Shown piece by piece: positions 29,604-39,480 of a DNA stretch of 64,000 nucleotides. Each line of letters starts with the position of its first letter. The first letter of the stretch is position 1. Source of the stretch: Nitrospirota bacterium (GTDB lineage: Bacteria; Nitrospirota; UBA9217); assembly GCA_963737155.1 (NCBI GenBank), contig CAVTRN010000002.1:1856001-1920000 (forward strand). The letters run 5' to 3'. The notes beneath the pieces were generated by a model that saw only the letters and a program-made list of their open reading frames with translations, ran no database searches and was not told the DNA's origin. Position numbers and translations under genes: made by a program.

Positions 29604-30446
29604 TCAATGGGTCGTAACGAATGAGACCCATCTCCCGTCAGGATAGCGCTCGACAATAGTAAATCCAGCTTGGGTCATGGCTTCGATGACTTCTTCAACC
29701 TGCTCCTCGAGAATTCCGGAGAGGACGGCGAAGCCTGCTTGTTTCAGGTGCGTTGCAATTGCCGGAGCAATAAGCACCAGAACCCCGGAAATGATGTTCG
29801 CTGTTATGAAATCATAAGTTTCGTTTAGATTTGAAATGCTACCTTCGTAAACTTCAACTGTCTGTGTATGGTTAAGGCCAATATTCAACCTCGTAGCATC
29901 TAGGGCAAGGATGTCCGTATCCACAGCGGTCACTCTGCGATAGCCAAGTTTGGCTGCTGCAATGGCGAGAATGCCTGTACCTGTGCCGATATCGAGGAAA
30001 CTCTCGTGACCAGCATGTCCGACATATTTTTCCATGAGCACCAAACAGGACCTTGTGGTTTCGTGGTGTCCGGTGCCGAAGGCCATGGCGGGATCAATGA
30101 TAATATTGATACGGCCTGCGCGTTCTGATTCCCAGGATGGAAGGATTGTGAACTGAGTCCCCACGTTGATTGGATGAAATCCTTTTTTCCAAGATTCATT
30201 CCAGTCCCGATCAGGGATGAGTTTATGGTGGAAGGTGAGTTCTCCGATCTGTCCGGATTTCACAAAAAGCGCATGCATGATTGAAAGATCCTCGGTGATA
30301 GCTTTGATATCGATGGTATCGGGGAAATATGCGACAAGGTAATCGTTTTGCTCGATCATACCGAGGCACCCTTCATCTGTCAGTCTCCGAATCAAGAAAT
30401 CTTTGTTGGACTTAGAGATCCTTATGTTTAATTCGTAATAATTCAT
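29604..30446 (-). CDS. prmA: Ribosomal protein L11 methyltransferase
   Basis: DWNESWK, IDPAMAFGTGHHETT, LDIGTGTGILAI, ANI, LSGIL. Confidence 0.95.
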   Translation of the reverse strand: MNYYELNIRISKSNKDFLIRRLTDEGCLGMIEQNDYLVAYFPDTIDIKAITEDLSIMHALFVKSGQIGELTFHHKLIPDRDWNESWKKGFHPINVGTQFTILPSWESERAGRINIIIDPAMAFGTGHHETTRSCLVLMEKYVGHAGHESFLDIGTGTGILAIAAAKLGYRRVTAVDTDILALDATRLNIGLNHTQTVEVYEGSISNLNETYDFITANIISGVLVLIAPAIATHLKQAGFAVLSGILEEQVEEVIEAMTQAGFTIVERYPDGRWVSFVTTH

Positions 30447-30573
30447 TCAAGCCAACATAATTAATAAGCTGTATTATTGTGGCAGGCGTGGTGATCTTCC
30501 GTCAAAAGATGATGAACACCACCATAACATCCCGAGAAATTGAAATAAACCGTCACAGCAATCAGGAGGATCG

Positions 30574-31098
30574 ATGAATATTCTAGACATCATTATCAAC
30601 CGGCGCAGTGTCCGTGATTTTAAGGACCGGAATATCCCGCAGGCCCTGGTTGAAGGGCTCATCGATTCTATCCGGTGGGCGCCGTCAGCGGGAAACATGC
30701 AAAGCAGGAAATTCTATTTTATCTTTGATCAGGTAATAAAAACGAAACTTGCGAAGGCGGCCCTGAACCAGAATTTTATCGCCAAAGCTCCGCTCGTGGT
30801 CGTTGCCTGTCTTGATCGGAATATTGCAGTGCGTTATGGAGAGCGTGGAGTAAACCTCTACGGCATCCAGGATGTTTCTGCGAGCATAATGAACATGATG
30901 CTGACCGCCCATGCCATGAAGCTGGGAACCGTATGGGTTGGCGCCTTTAATGAATTTGAGGTTATTGATATCCTGGAACTGCCTGACAACCTCCGGCCCA
31001 TTTCCATTGTCCCCGTTGGTTTTCCATCACAAATTCCTCTCCCTCCTCGGAGAAATGCACGGGATGAAATCGCTGTTATGGTAAAGCAGGCTGAATGA
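30574..31098 (+). CDS. Nitroreductase family protein
   Basis: RRSVRDF, WAPSAGNMQ, LGTVWVGAF. Confidence 0.92.
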   Translation: MNILDIIINRRSVRDFKDRNIPQALVEGLIDSIRWAPSAGNMQSRKFYFIFDQVIKTKLAKAALNQNFIAKAPLVVVACLDRNIAVRYGERGVNLYGIQDVSASIMNMMLTAHAMKLGTVWVGAFNEFEVIDILELPDNLRPISIVPVGFPSQIPLPPRRNARDEIAVMVKQAE

Positions 31099-31121
31099 AT
31101 ATGATACACGCAGGAGTTGAC

Positions 31122-31577
31122 TTACTTTTTTTCGATGGCAACAAGCCTACTCCGTATTTCGTCCGGCATGGCAGTTTTTCTACTTTCGCGGTAATCATAG
31201 ATTACAATCACTCCATCGCCGTCAGCGGCGATTTTTCCATGACGGTGGCTGACAATCACATACTGCATCGTGAAACGATCCTCGGCGATATGAACAGTCT
31301 TTGCTCCCACGGAAACCGTATCAGGATAGGTTAGGGGAAACTTGTATCTGCAGCTTGTCGACCCGAGGATTGGGCCAATGCCAGTCTGTTCTTTGATCGC
31401 ATGCAGTCCGGCCTTTTTGGAATAGAGGATACGCGCGTTCTCGAAATAGCGAAAATAAACAACATTATTAACGTGCTGAAAGGCATCCATTTCACCCCAT
31501 GCAACGGGAAGTTCAACGACCACAGGATATCCCGTCAGTAATTCTTCAATACGCTTTTTCAAAGACTCCACTCCCAA
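31122..31577 (-). CDS. Acyl-CoA thioesterase (4HBT/hotdog fold)
   Basis: VAWGEMDAFQHVNNVVYFRYFENAR. Confidence 0.9.
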   Translation of the reverse strand: MGVESLKKRIEELLTGYPVVVELPVAWGEMDAFQHVNNVVYFRYFENARILYSKKAGLHAIKEQTGIGPILGSTSCRYKFPLTYPDTVSVGAKTVHIAEDRFTMQYVIVSHRHGKIAADGDGVIVIYDYRESRKTAMPDEIRSRLVAIEKK

Positions 31578-31629
31578 TGAGGAACATTATAAACGCTTCG
31601 GAAAGAATGACCCACAAACACTAAAAGTG

Positions 31630-31643
31630 TTGATACAGATCAA
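31630..31643. promoter_or_regulatory. Consensus FNR box
   Basis: TTGAT-acag-ATCAA about 50 nt upstream of the thioesterase start. Confidence 0.5.
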
Positions 31644-31720
31644 AGTCGAATGACCCAATACAAAGCTTTACAACAGCCATTCTTCCTGAAGCGGTTGTTT
31701 GTTTTGTTGTTCTATGCTGC

Positions 31721-32734
31721 TTATTGTTCCGACTGACTGGAGTACCTTCCCTGCCGCGCTGCGCCATTACACATAGCCCTGTGATAAAATGCCTTTTGCG
31801 CTACGGAAATGAAAGCAGGTGATCCTTTCCACGCCTTCATTGCGGGGTCCTGCAGCGCCCGCGCGAATGAGAAACCCATTTCCCAGGGATGGGGCCCTCT
31901 GCTGTTGATGGCATTGAGATGTTGGGTCGCCTGTACGGGAGTCTGCCCACCGGAAAGAAACACAATACCCGGCACTGCGGCAGGCACTGTTTTCCTGAGA
32001 CAGCGAATCGTGGCTTCTGACACTTCATCGATAGTAGCTTGTTTCGAAGATTGTTTGCCGGAGAGGACCATATTGGACTTGAGCAGCATGCCTTCGAGGT
32101 CTACCCGGTATTTACGCAGTGTGGAAAATACTACGGCAAGGGTTGTCTCCGTCGCTTCCTCACAGCGGGAAATATCATGATCGCCATCCATTAAAACCTC
32201 CGGTTCTACGATTGGCACCAAACCTTCTTCCTGGGACAGAGCGGCATAGAGTGCAAGAGCATGGGCATTGGCAAAGATATTACCGCGCGTAGGAGTGCCG
32301 GAACTAATAGTTATTACCGCACGCCATTTGGTGAATTGCGCTCCCTTCATGCGGTATTCAACAAGTCGCTCTCTCAGACCGTCTAAACCCGTTGTGATCT
32401 TTTCCCCGGGAAAACCCGGCATGGATACGGTCCCCTTATCCACTTTGATTCCCGGAATGATCCCTTTCTTACGCAGAACATCAACGAACGGTATACCATC
32501 GCTCGTTTTCTGATGGATCGTCTCATCAAACAGGATAACGCCGCTGATAAACTTCTCGATGTCTAGTGTAGTCAACAGCATTTCACGATAAGATCGTCTC
32601 GTTTCTTCTGTTGAATCGATACCAAGCGCCTTAAACCGCTTTTCGATCGTTGGAAAGCTTTCGTCGGCAGCAAGAATGCCTTTACCTTTAGCCACAAGAG
32701 AATGGGCAGTGGCTCTTACCTCATTGTTGTTCAT
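31721..32734 (-). CDS. Class I fructose-bisphosphate aldolase
   Basis: KGILAADES, GIKVDKG, KWRAV, PIVEPEV, FLSGGQ, FSFARALQ. Confidence 0.95.
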   Translation of the reverse strand: MNNNEVRATAHSLVAKGKGILAADESFPTIEKRFKALGIDSTEETRRSYREMLLTTLDIEKFISGVILFDETIHQKTSDGIPFVDVLRKKGIIPGIKVDKGTVSMPGFPGEKITTGLDGLRERLVEYRMKGAQFTKWRAVITISSGTPTRGNIFANAHALALYAALSQEEGLVPIVEPEVLMDGDHDISRCEEATETTLAVVFSTLRKYRVDLEGMLLKSNMVLSGKQSSKQATIDEVSEATIRCLRKTVPAAVPGIVFLSGGQTPVQATQHLNAINSRGPHPWEMGFSFARALQDPAMKAWKGSPAFISVAQKAFYHRAMCNGAARQGRYSSQSEQ

Positions 32735-32948
32735 TTCAGCACTCTCCTTTTATATAATGACGAAAATAATAAGTATGAAACTCATCGATAATTCTTGAAT
32801 TCCATGTAAGTAATTTTAGCAGCATTCACAGGGATGTTCAATACAACTTAATACGTAGGGAGATGAGGGAAAATAAGTTATAGTATAATGGTGATCGAAA
32901 AAAAATACTAAAGGTGTATTTAAATTAGTGGATAGATTCGTCTTGCTT

Positions 32949-35900
32949 TTATGCAAGTGTAACTGCGCCGACGCCGAGTATGACTTCAATTTCGTTCGTA
33001 AGCTGATCGGAAGGGGTAACGCGAATTTCTCGGCCCACCGAAACGAGCGAGTCCTTGCGTGTCGGGTTCTGAAGCCGAAGAAAGACAGGGACACTGCCTT
33101 TATAGCGGAGTAAAATGTCCTTAACCTTGAGAAGATCGTCCTGGGTCAGCCCAGTGGCGCTCAGCTTGATGTCCATTCTTGCTGTGCTTTTTTTCTTTAC
33201 CTCGGCGAGGACATGGATGCGCAGAGCCTTGATCTTGTTTCCCTGTTCACTCTTGTCGAGTTGCCCCGTAATGAGCAAGGGCGTGTCGGTCAGGAGCAGG
33301 TGGGTCGAAGATGCATATAGATCGGGAAAGACAATGGTTTCCACGGTACCTGTTAAGTCCTCAAGATTCAGGATGGCCATCTTGTCTCCTTTTTTTGTTA
33401 CCTTCTGCTTTAGTCCTGCAATAATTCCGCAAATCGTCAATTCCTTACCATCGGGAATCGACTCCAGGGTCTCCGTAGTTGCGGTGCAGTACCGCTTCAT
33501 ATCTTCCTGAAAAGCTGCAAGGGGATGGCCCGAAATATAGAACCCCATGCTTTCCTTCTCATAGGCCAGAAGCTGGCTTTCCTTCCACTCTTGGATATCC
33601 GGCAGGTCAGGGTCTTTTTTGTCGTCCATCGAGTCGAAGATGCTGAATTGTCCCACTGTTTCCTGTTCCTGATGCTTGGCCGCGGTCTCCATCATCAAAT
33701 CGATGGCCTCCATCATCTGGGCGCGTCGCGCACCGGTGAAGTCAAAAGCTCCACATTTAATCAGAGCTTCAATCACACGCCGGTTCACCCTACGTTGATC
33801 CACCATTTTGCAAAAATGGGCAAGCGAGGTGAAAGCACCTTTCGTTTCTCGGGCCTCGATCATGGCCTCAATGGCCGATATTCCGATGTTCTTGACAGCG
33901 GCAAGACCGAAACGGATTGATCCGATAGAACTTCCGGGTTCAATGTTTTCACGGTCATGCGCTTCGACAACAGTGAAGTCCCAGCGGCTTTCGTTCACAT
34001 CGGGTGGCAAGATATTGATCCCCATCTGGCGCGCCTCATAAATATATTTCACCACTTTGTCCGTGTCCTGGAATTCGCTAGAAAGAAGCGCAGCCATATA
34101 TTCCACCGGGAAATGGGCCTTCAGGTAGGCGGTCTGGAAAGTAATGAGAGCGTAGGCCGCACTGTGGGACTTGTTAAACCCGTATTCCGCGAATTTAGCC
34201 ATCAAGTCGAAGATAGCCTCGGCCTTCTTGAGGTCGATGTCCTGCTTTTCCGCCCCCTTGAGGAACGGCACCTTTTCCTTTGCCATGACCTCGGGATCTT
34301 TTTTCCCCATGGCACGGCGGAGGAGGTCAGCTCCGCCGAGGGAATAGCCTGCGAGGGTACGGGCGATTTGCATCACCTGCTCCTGGTAGACGATCACTCC
34401 GTAGGTCTCCTTCAGAATTGGTTCGAGCTGGGGCAGTTCGTAGGTTATCCTGGTGGAGCCTTTTTTTCGTTTGATGAAATCATCTACCATGCCGCTGCCG
34501 AGTGGACCAGGCCGGTATAAGGCCACTAGAGCGATGAGATCTTCAAAAACGCTTGGCTTCATTTTTATGACGATATCGCGCATCCCCGATGATTCGAGCT
34601 GGAAGATACCCGCGGTCTCGCCACGGCCGAGAAGTTCAAAGGTCTTGGCGTCGTTCAGCGGCAGGCGTGTGACTGAGAAGGGGTCCGCGTGCTCAAGTGG
34701 TGCCTTCTGCATCCTCTGGTTAATCAAGTCCTCGGCCTTGCGGATGACAGTGAGGTTCCGGAGGCCGAGGAAATCGAACTTCACCAGGCCGATCTTTTCG
34801 ACGCCTTTCATATCAAACTGGGTTGTTACCTCATCTTTTGGCGTCTTGAAAAGCGGAAGGTACTCAGTGAGCGGCAGTTGGGAAATAACAACACCTGCGG
34901 CATGCTTCGACGCGTGGCGCACTTGGCCTTCGAGATGGAGGGCGATCTCCATGAGTTCGGCCATGCGCGTGTCTTTTTTGATTATTTCCTTGATTTTCGG
35001 TTCCTGCTCCAGCGCTTCTTTCAGGGTAATATTGAGCTTGTTCGGAACCAGCTTGGCAAGCTTGTCGCATTCCGAATAGGGGATATCGAGCACCCGGCCC
35101 ACATCGCGGATCACACCTTTTGCCATCATAGTGCCGTAGGTGATGATCTGGGTCACATGGTCCTGCCCGTATTTTTCCGTGACGTATTTGAGCACTTCAT
35201 CGCGCCGGTCTTGGCAAAAGTCCACGTCGATATCAGGCATGCTGATACGTTCGGGGTTCAGAAAACGCTCAAAGAGCAGGTTATAGGGAATGGGATCGAG
35301 GTCCGTGATGCGGAGAGAATAGGCTACCAGGCTGCCCGCTGCAGAGCCGCGTCCCGGTCCCACGGGAATGCCGTGCTCCCTTGCATAACGGATGAAGTCC
35401 GATACGATCAGGAAATAACCAGCGAACCCCATCTTGTCGATCATCTGTATTTCGAACTCGAGCCGTTCCTTATATTTCTCCCGGTCAATGCTGCTGGTTC
35501 CGCGAACGGCATCGATCTCCACGAACCGCTCCTCGAGACCTTTGCGAGCCATTTCGGCCATGAAAACTTCCCTAGTGTAGCCTTCGGGAACAGGAAAGTT
35601 GGGTAGATGATACTTGCCCAGCTCCAGTTCAAGGTTGCACCTTTCCGCGATTTTAACGGTGTTCGTGATCGCATCGGGGATGTAGGAAAAGGCCTTCTTC
35701 ATTTCCTCCGGCGTTTTCAGGTAGAAGGTCTCGGAAGAGAATCTGAGCCGGTTTGTGTCCTTTACGGTTTTACCAGTCTGTATGCAGAGGAGAGCATCAT
35801 GGGACTTGTGATCCTCCATGTCGAGGTAGTGGCAATCATTCGTGGCCACTACGGGAATGCCCGTGTCTTTCGTCAGTTTGACGAGCTCGCGGTTCACCCG

Positions 35901-36467
35901 TTCCTGCTCAGGAATGCCGTTGTCCTGAAGTTCAAGATAAAAGTTATCCTTGCCGAGAATCTGTTCGTATTCCATCGCGACACGTTTCGCATCCTCATAG
36001 CGATTCTGGAGGATTAGGGAGGGAATTTCTCCCCCCAGACAGGCCGAAAGGCCGATAAGGCCTTCACTGTGCTCTTTAAGAAAATCCTTGTCGATTCGGG
36101 GCTTGTAATAAAACCCATCAAGATAAGCGGAAGTCACGAGTTTGACAAGATTCTTGTAGCCTTGCTTGTTTCGCGCCAGAAGAATAAGGTGATAGGAAGC
36201 TTCGGCGTTTTGGCCAGAGGGAGCACTCTTATCGAATCTCGATCCGGGTGCCACATAGATTTCACAGCCTATAATAGGTTTGATTCCCGCTTTCGAGGCT
36301 TTCAAATAGAAATCGAGCGCGGAAAAGAGATTGCCGTGGTCGGTGACGGCAACCGCCGGCATTTTAAGGTTCATTGCCTTTTGGATGAGTTTGTCTAGAC
36401 TTATTGCGCCGTCCAGCAGGCTGTATTCGGTATGGAGATGAAGGTGGACGAAATCGGCATGATGCAT
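32949..36467 (-). CDS. dnaE: DNA polymerase III alpha subunit
   Basis: HLHLHTEYSLLDG PHP domain, GRGSAAGS, MPDIDVDF, YGFNKSHS; no intein visible. Confidence 0.98.
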   Translation of the reverse strand: MHHADFVHLHLHTEYSLLDGAISLDKLIQKAMNLKMPAVAVTDHGNLFSALDFYLKASKAGIKPIIGCEIYVAPGSRFDKSAPSGQNAEASYHLILLARNKQGYKNLVKLVTSAYLDGFYYKPRIDKDFLKEHSEGLIGLSACLGGEIPSLILQNRYEDAKRVAMEYEQILGKDNFYLELQDNGIPEQERVNRELVKLTKDTGIPVVATNDCHYLDMEDHKSHDALLCIQTGKTVKDTNRLRFSSETFYLKTPEEMKKAFSYIPDAITNTVKIAERCNLELELGKYHLPNFPVPEGYTREVFMAEMARKGLEERFVEIDAVRGTSSIDREKYKERLEFEIQMIDKMGFAGYFLIVSDFIRYAREHGIPVGPGRGSAAGSLVAYSLRITDLDPIPYNLLFERFLNPERISMPDIDVDFCQDRRDEVLKYVTEKYGQDHVTQIITYGTMMAKGVIRDVGRVLDIPYSECDKLAKLVPNKLNITLKEALEQEPKIKEIIKKDTRMAELMEIALHLEGQVRHASKHAAGVVISQLPLTEYLPLFKTPKDEVTTQFDMKGVEKIGLVKFDFLGLRNLTVIRKAEDLINQRMQKAPLEHADPFSVTRLPLNDAKTFELLGRGETAGIFQLESSGMRDIVIKMKPSVFEDLIALVALYRPGPLGSGMVDDFIKRKKGSTRITYELPQLEPILKETYGVIVYQEQVMQIARTLAGYSLGGADLLRRAMGKKDPEVMAKEKVPFLKGAEKQDIDLKKAEAIFDLMAKFAEYGFNKSHSAAYALITFQTAYLKAHFPVEYMAALLSSEFQDTDKVVKYIYEARQMGINILPPDVNESRWDFTVVEAHDRENIEPGSSIGSIRFGLAAVKNIGISAIEAMIEARETKGAFTSLAHFCKMVDQRRVNRRVIEALIKCGAFDFTGARRAQMMEAIDLMMETAAKHQEQETVGQFSIFDSMDDKKDPDLPDIQEWKESQLLAYEKESMGFYISGHPLAAFQEDMKRYCTATTETLESIPDGKELTICGIIAGLKQKVTKKGDKMAILNLEDLTGTVETIVFPDLYASSTHLLLTDTPLLITGQLDKSEQGNKIKALRIHVLAEVKKKSTARMDIKLSATGLTQDDLLKVKDILLRYKGSVPVFLRLQNPTRKDSLVSVGREIRVTPSDQLTNEIEVILGVGAVTLA

Positions 36468-36608
36468 AGATTAGGACCTATTAATAGTAATTCGGGAACC
36501 ACGGATGTTCATGGATCAGAAGAAGCGGATGCAAACACGGGAAACAGTGAATTCTTAATTATCTGTGATAGTGATCTCCGTGTACTTTGCGGCATCGTGA
36601 TAAAAAAA

Positions 36609-36684
36609 TGGAGGCGGCGATCGGATTTGAACCGATGAATGAAGGTTTTGCAGACCTCTGCCTTAGCCACTTGGCTACGCCGCC
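36609..36684 (-). tRNA. tRNA-Cys (GCA)
   Basis: GGCGGCGTAGCCAAGTGG...CTGCAAA...GGTTCAAATCCGATCGCCGCCTCCA cloverleaf with encoded CCA. Confidence 0.96.
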
Positions 36685-36692
36685 GGTCTTAA

Positions 36693-36798
36693 AGTTCGGA
36701 GCATGAGCTGGGAGTTGGGAGTTGAAGGATGTGGAATAGAAGTCTGGAGTTTCTGGCGACGACGTTAACTCCAAACTGCAAACTCAGCACTCTGAACT
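36693..36798. repeat. Imperfect inverted repeat of about 31 bp with 7-nt periodicity
   Basis: Arms AGTTCGGAGCATGAGCTGGGAGTTGGGAGTT (36693-36723) and AACTCCAAACTGCAAACTCAGCACTCTGAACT (36767-36798). Confidence 0.7.
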
Positions 36799-36808
36799 GA
36801 CTAAACAA

Positions 36809-36884
36809 TGGAGCGGGTGGCGGGATTCGAACCCGTGACCCCAACCTTGGCAAGGTTGTGCTCTACCAGCTGAGCTACACCCGC
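36809..36884 (-). tRNA. tRNA-Gly (GCC)
   Basis: GCGGGTGTAGCTCAGCTGGTAGAGC...TTGCCAA...GGTTCGAATCCCGCCACCCGCTCCA. Confidence 0.97.
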
Positions 36885-36916
36885 ATGTACTTTAATTTCG
36901 CCCTTCAAGACTTGCA

Positions 36917-36995
36917 AATATATCAAAGTGGTATACCCTTGTCAACATAAAAGTATCTTGTTTTTATTGACGCTTGAGCATAATTGTGGTACTTT
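36917..36995. promoter_or_regulatory. Divergent sigma70 promoters (tRNA operon on minus, htpX on plus)
   Basis: Minus TTGACA-17-TATATT (36945-36917); plus TTGACG-17-TACTTT (36967-36995). Confidence 0.55.
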
Positions 36996-37042
36996 AACAA
37001 TATTGGCATCATGCTGTATGCGCGGAGGGAAAGAAGAAATCT

Positions 37043-37900
37043 ATGAACACGGTAAAAACAGTTGGTTTAATGACATTTCTCATGGTATTGTTTGTTGCCA
37101 TTGGCGGAGCACTTGGCGGTAGAAGCGGCATGGTCCTGGCCATTCTGTTTGCCACGACAATGAACGTCGGTATGTATTGGTTCAGCGACAAGATTGTCTT
37201 GCGAATGTATGGAGCCAAGCCCGTAACTGAAACGGATGCTCCTGAGATTTACTCTATTGTACGGACTCTGATTCAGAAGGCGAGTTTGCCCATGCCTAAA
37301 ATCTACATTATTCCCGAGGAAACCCCCAACGCTTTTGCAACCGGCAGGAACCCCGAACATGCGGTCGTCGCTGTGACCCATGGCATTATGCGGATTCTGT
37401 CGCGCGAGGAGTTGAGCGGTGTAATTGCCCACGAACTGGCACATATCAAACATCGCGACATGCTCACCGGAACGATCGTCGCGACCATCGCGGGAGCGAT
37501 CAGCATGCTCGCGCAGATGGCGCAGTGGGCCATGATCTTCGGTGGAGGCAGCAGGCGGAGCAACGATGAAGGGGGCAGCCCGATCGTGGCATTGGTGATG
37601 ATGATTGTAGCGCCCATTGCTGCTATGCTTGTACAGATGGCAATTTCGAGAACGAGGGAGTATGATGCTGACAAGGGTGGCGCCACGATGTGCGGCAACC
37701 CCACTTGGCTGGCAAATGCGCTCCTGAAACTGGAGAAGGGTTCTCAGCTCATCCCCATGGAAAACGCAAAACCTGCCACGGCGCACATGTTTATTGTCAA
37801 CCCGCTTAGGGGCGGAGGCATGACAAAACTTTTCAGCACTCATCCGCCCATTGCCGAGCGTGTGAAACGGCTGAATGAAATGGCGCGGGGTAGCAGATAG
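37043..37900 (+). CDS. htpX: Zinc metalloprotease HtpX
   Basis: [30 protein letters not shown]. Confidence 0.96.
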   Translation: MNTVKTVGLMTFLMVLFVAIGGALGGRSGMVLAILFATTMNVGMYWFSDKIVLRMYGAKPVTETDAPEIYSIVRTLIQKASLPMPKIYIIPEETPNAFATGRNPEHAVVAVTHGIMRILSREELSGVIAHELAHIKHRDMLTGTIVATIAGAISMLAQMAQWAMIFGGGSRRSNDEGGSPIVALVMMIVAPIAAMLVQMAISRTREYDADKGGATMCGNPTWLANALLKLEKGSQLIPMENAKPATAHMFIVNPLRGGGMTKLFSTHPPIAERVKRLNEMARGSR

Positions 37901-37942
37901 CGTAAAACACTGATAGAATAGCTCATAATGATATTAATAAGC

Positions 37943-37970
37943 AAGGCTTAGGAGTTATTTCCTAAGCCTT
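37943..37970. terminator. Intrinsic terminator between htpX and the FDH operon
   Basis: AAGGCTTAGGA / TCCTAAGCCTT stem followed by a T-run. Confidence 0.75.
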
Positions 37971-38085
37971 TTTGTTATTTACATAATCGGCTGCTCGAAT
38001 AAAATCACAAAGGACTCTCAAAATATAAAGAACTTCTGCCTTTTCATACGAATGCAAGAGTTTTTATATTAACCGTGAACGATGC

Positions 38086-38694
38086 TTACATCTTCCCGAT
38101 TTTCTTCATCCATTTAGGATACTTCTTCCTGGCGAACTCCAAGGGCACTGTGCCATAGATCATGATCCGGAGCGTGCCTGGGTTCGCCAGCGATCCAAGA
38201 TAAGCATGAACTGGAACAGCCATCACGAAGATCACGAAAGCCAGATTGTGTACTAGGTGCGACGCAAGCGTGAGAGAGCGATTGGTATGCACCAGCCACA
38301 TGGAGAGACCAGATGCGGATATCACGATGCCTGCCAGCAGGATCATTAGGTAGTAGAATTTCTGTCCCGTATTAAATTTCCCCATAGGAGGGACAGTTAT
38401 ATGTTTTTTGGAGAGATATCCTCCGCCCTTCTTGATCCAAGCCCAGTCATCTGCATCGTATGTCAGCGCTTCATGGATATAAGTGAACAGGGTGGCAAAG
38501 AGGGAAACAGTGAATACCAGGCCGGCCCAATTATGAACGATTTTCATCGTCATGTTGCTTCCGAAAAGGGCATAGATCCATTCAATTTTGAAAACAAACC
38601 CATAGCCCGTGAAGATCAGGAGGACGCAGCTTCCCGCTAGAATCCAGTGATTGATGATTTCTTCAACCGATGCCTTTCTCACCATTTCACTCAT
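38086..38694 (-). CDS. fdnI: Formate dehydrogenase gamma subunit (cytochrome b)
   Basis: NHW, HNWAG, GKFNTGQK, HLVHN, VHAY heme ligands; 4 TM helices. Confidence 0.92.
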   Translation of the reverse strand: MSEMVRKASVEEIINHWILAGSCVLLIFTGYGFVFKIEWIYALFGSNMTMKIVHNWAGLVFTVSLFATLFTYIHEALTYDADDWAWIKKGGGYLSKKHITVPPMGKFNTGQKFYYLMILLAGIVISASGLSMWLVHTNRSLTLASHLVHNLAFVIFVMAVPVHAYLGSLANPGTLRIMIYGTVPLEFARKKYPKWMKKIGKM

Positions 38695-39470
38695 GATTTT
38701 TTCACCTCCTCGTCAACGTCCTTGTGCGGTCCAATGGTGACATAGTGCAGCAGGGCGCCGACAATTACGCCGCCGAGTCCAATCATGGCCAGCGGCTTCA
38801 GCACCGCATTCCAGAAAATGATACTCTCGGGGATCGCGGGGTTCTCATTCATTCCGTAGATTTTTGGACTGTCCTTGAAGGCGTAGAGAGTCCCAAGTCC
38901 GTTCAGGTCCGCTTCGCCGTATACTTTGGCATATCCCGCTGCTTTGGCCGAGTCGATCAATGCCCCGCGTTCTCCGAACCTGACCGCGCCGGTGGGACAG
39001 GTTTTAGCGCAGGCGGGGGACAGGCCGTCTGCGATACGGTCAAAGCAGAGATGGCATTTCGATATTTTCCCCTGCGCATCGTACCTCGGAACATCGAAGG
39101 GGCATGCGACCACGCACAATTTGCAACCGATGCATTTGTCCTTGTCATAGGCCACCGCGCCTTCCTTCGTGCGGTAGATCGCGCCGGGAGCGGGGCAAAT
39201 TTTCATGCAGCCCGCATCCCCGCAGTGCATGCATCTCCGGCTTACAAAGAGCCACCGGACGGGATTAGCATCAGAAGGTATCTCACTATAACGGATGATA
39301 TTAAGCGCCGTGGGCGTTAAGTCCGGAGGATTCTGCATGGAGCCGGAATTCTTCGTCCTCTGTCCGGGCAGCTGGTTCCAGTTTTTGCACGATGTCTGAC
39401 AGCCCCGGCACCCGATACAGAGCTCCGGCGATATGAGCAATGCTTTTCTGTTATCCGTGTTCATCGACAT
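38691..39470 (-). CDS. fdnH: Formate dehydrogenase beta subunit (4x[4Fe-4S]) with a C-terminal anchor
   Basis: CIGCRGCQTSC, CMHC..AGCMKIC, CIGCKLCVVACP, KCHLC...PACAKTCP. Confidence 0.93.
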   Translation of the reverse strand: MSMNTDNRKALLISPELCIGCRGCQTSCKNWNQLPGQRTKNSGSMQNPPDLTPTALNIIRYSEIPSDANPVRWLFVSRRCMHCGDAGCMKICPAPGAIYRTKEGAVAYDKDKCIGCKLCVVACPFDVPRYDAQGKISKCHLCFDRIADGLSPACAKTCPTGAVRFGERGALIDSAKAAGYAKVYGEADLNGLGTLYAFKDSPKIYGMNENPAIPESIIFWNAVLKPLAMIGLGGVIVGALLHYVTIGPHKDVDEEVKKS

Positions 39471-39480
39471 GATTTTCCTC

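Noticed and set aside
32949-36467. Intein in DnaE (also checked RtcB and Lon)
   Set aside because: Lengths are normal and no intein splice or LAGLIDADG motifs were seen
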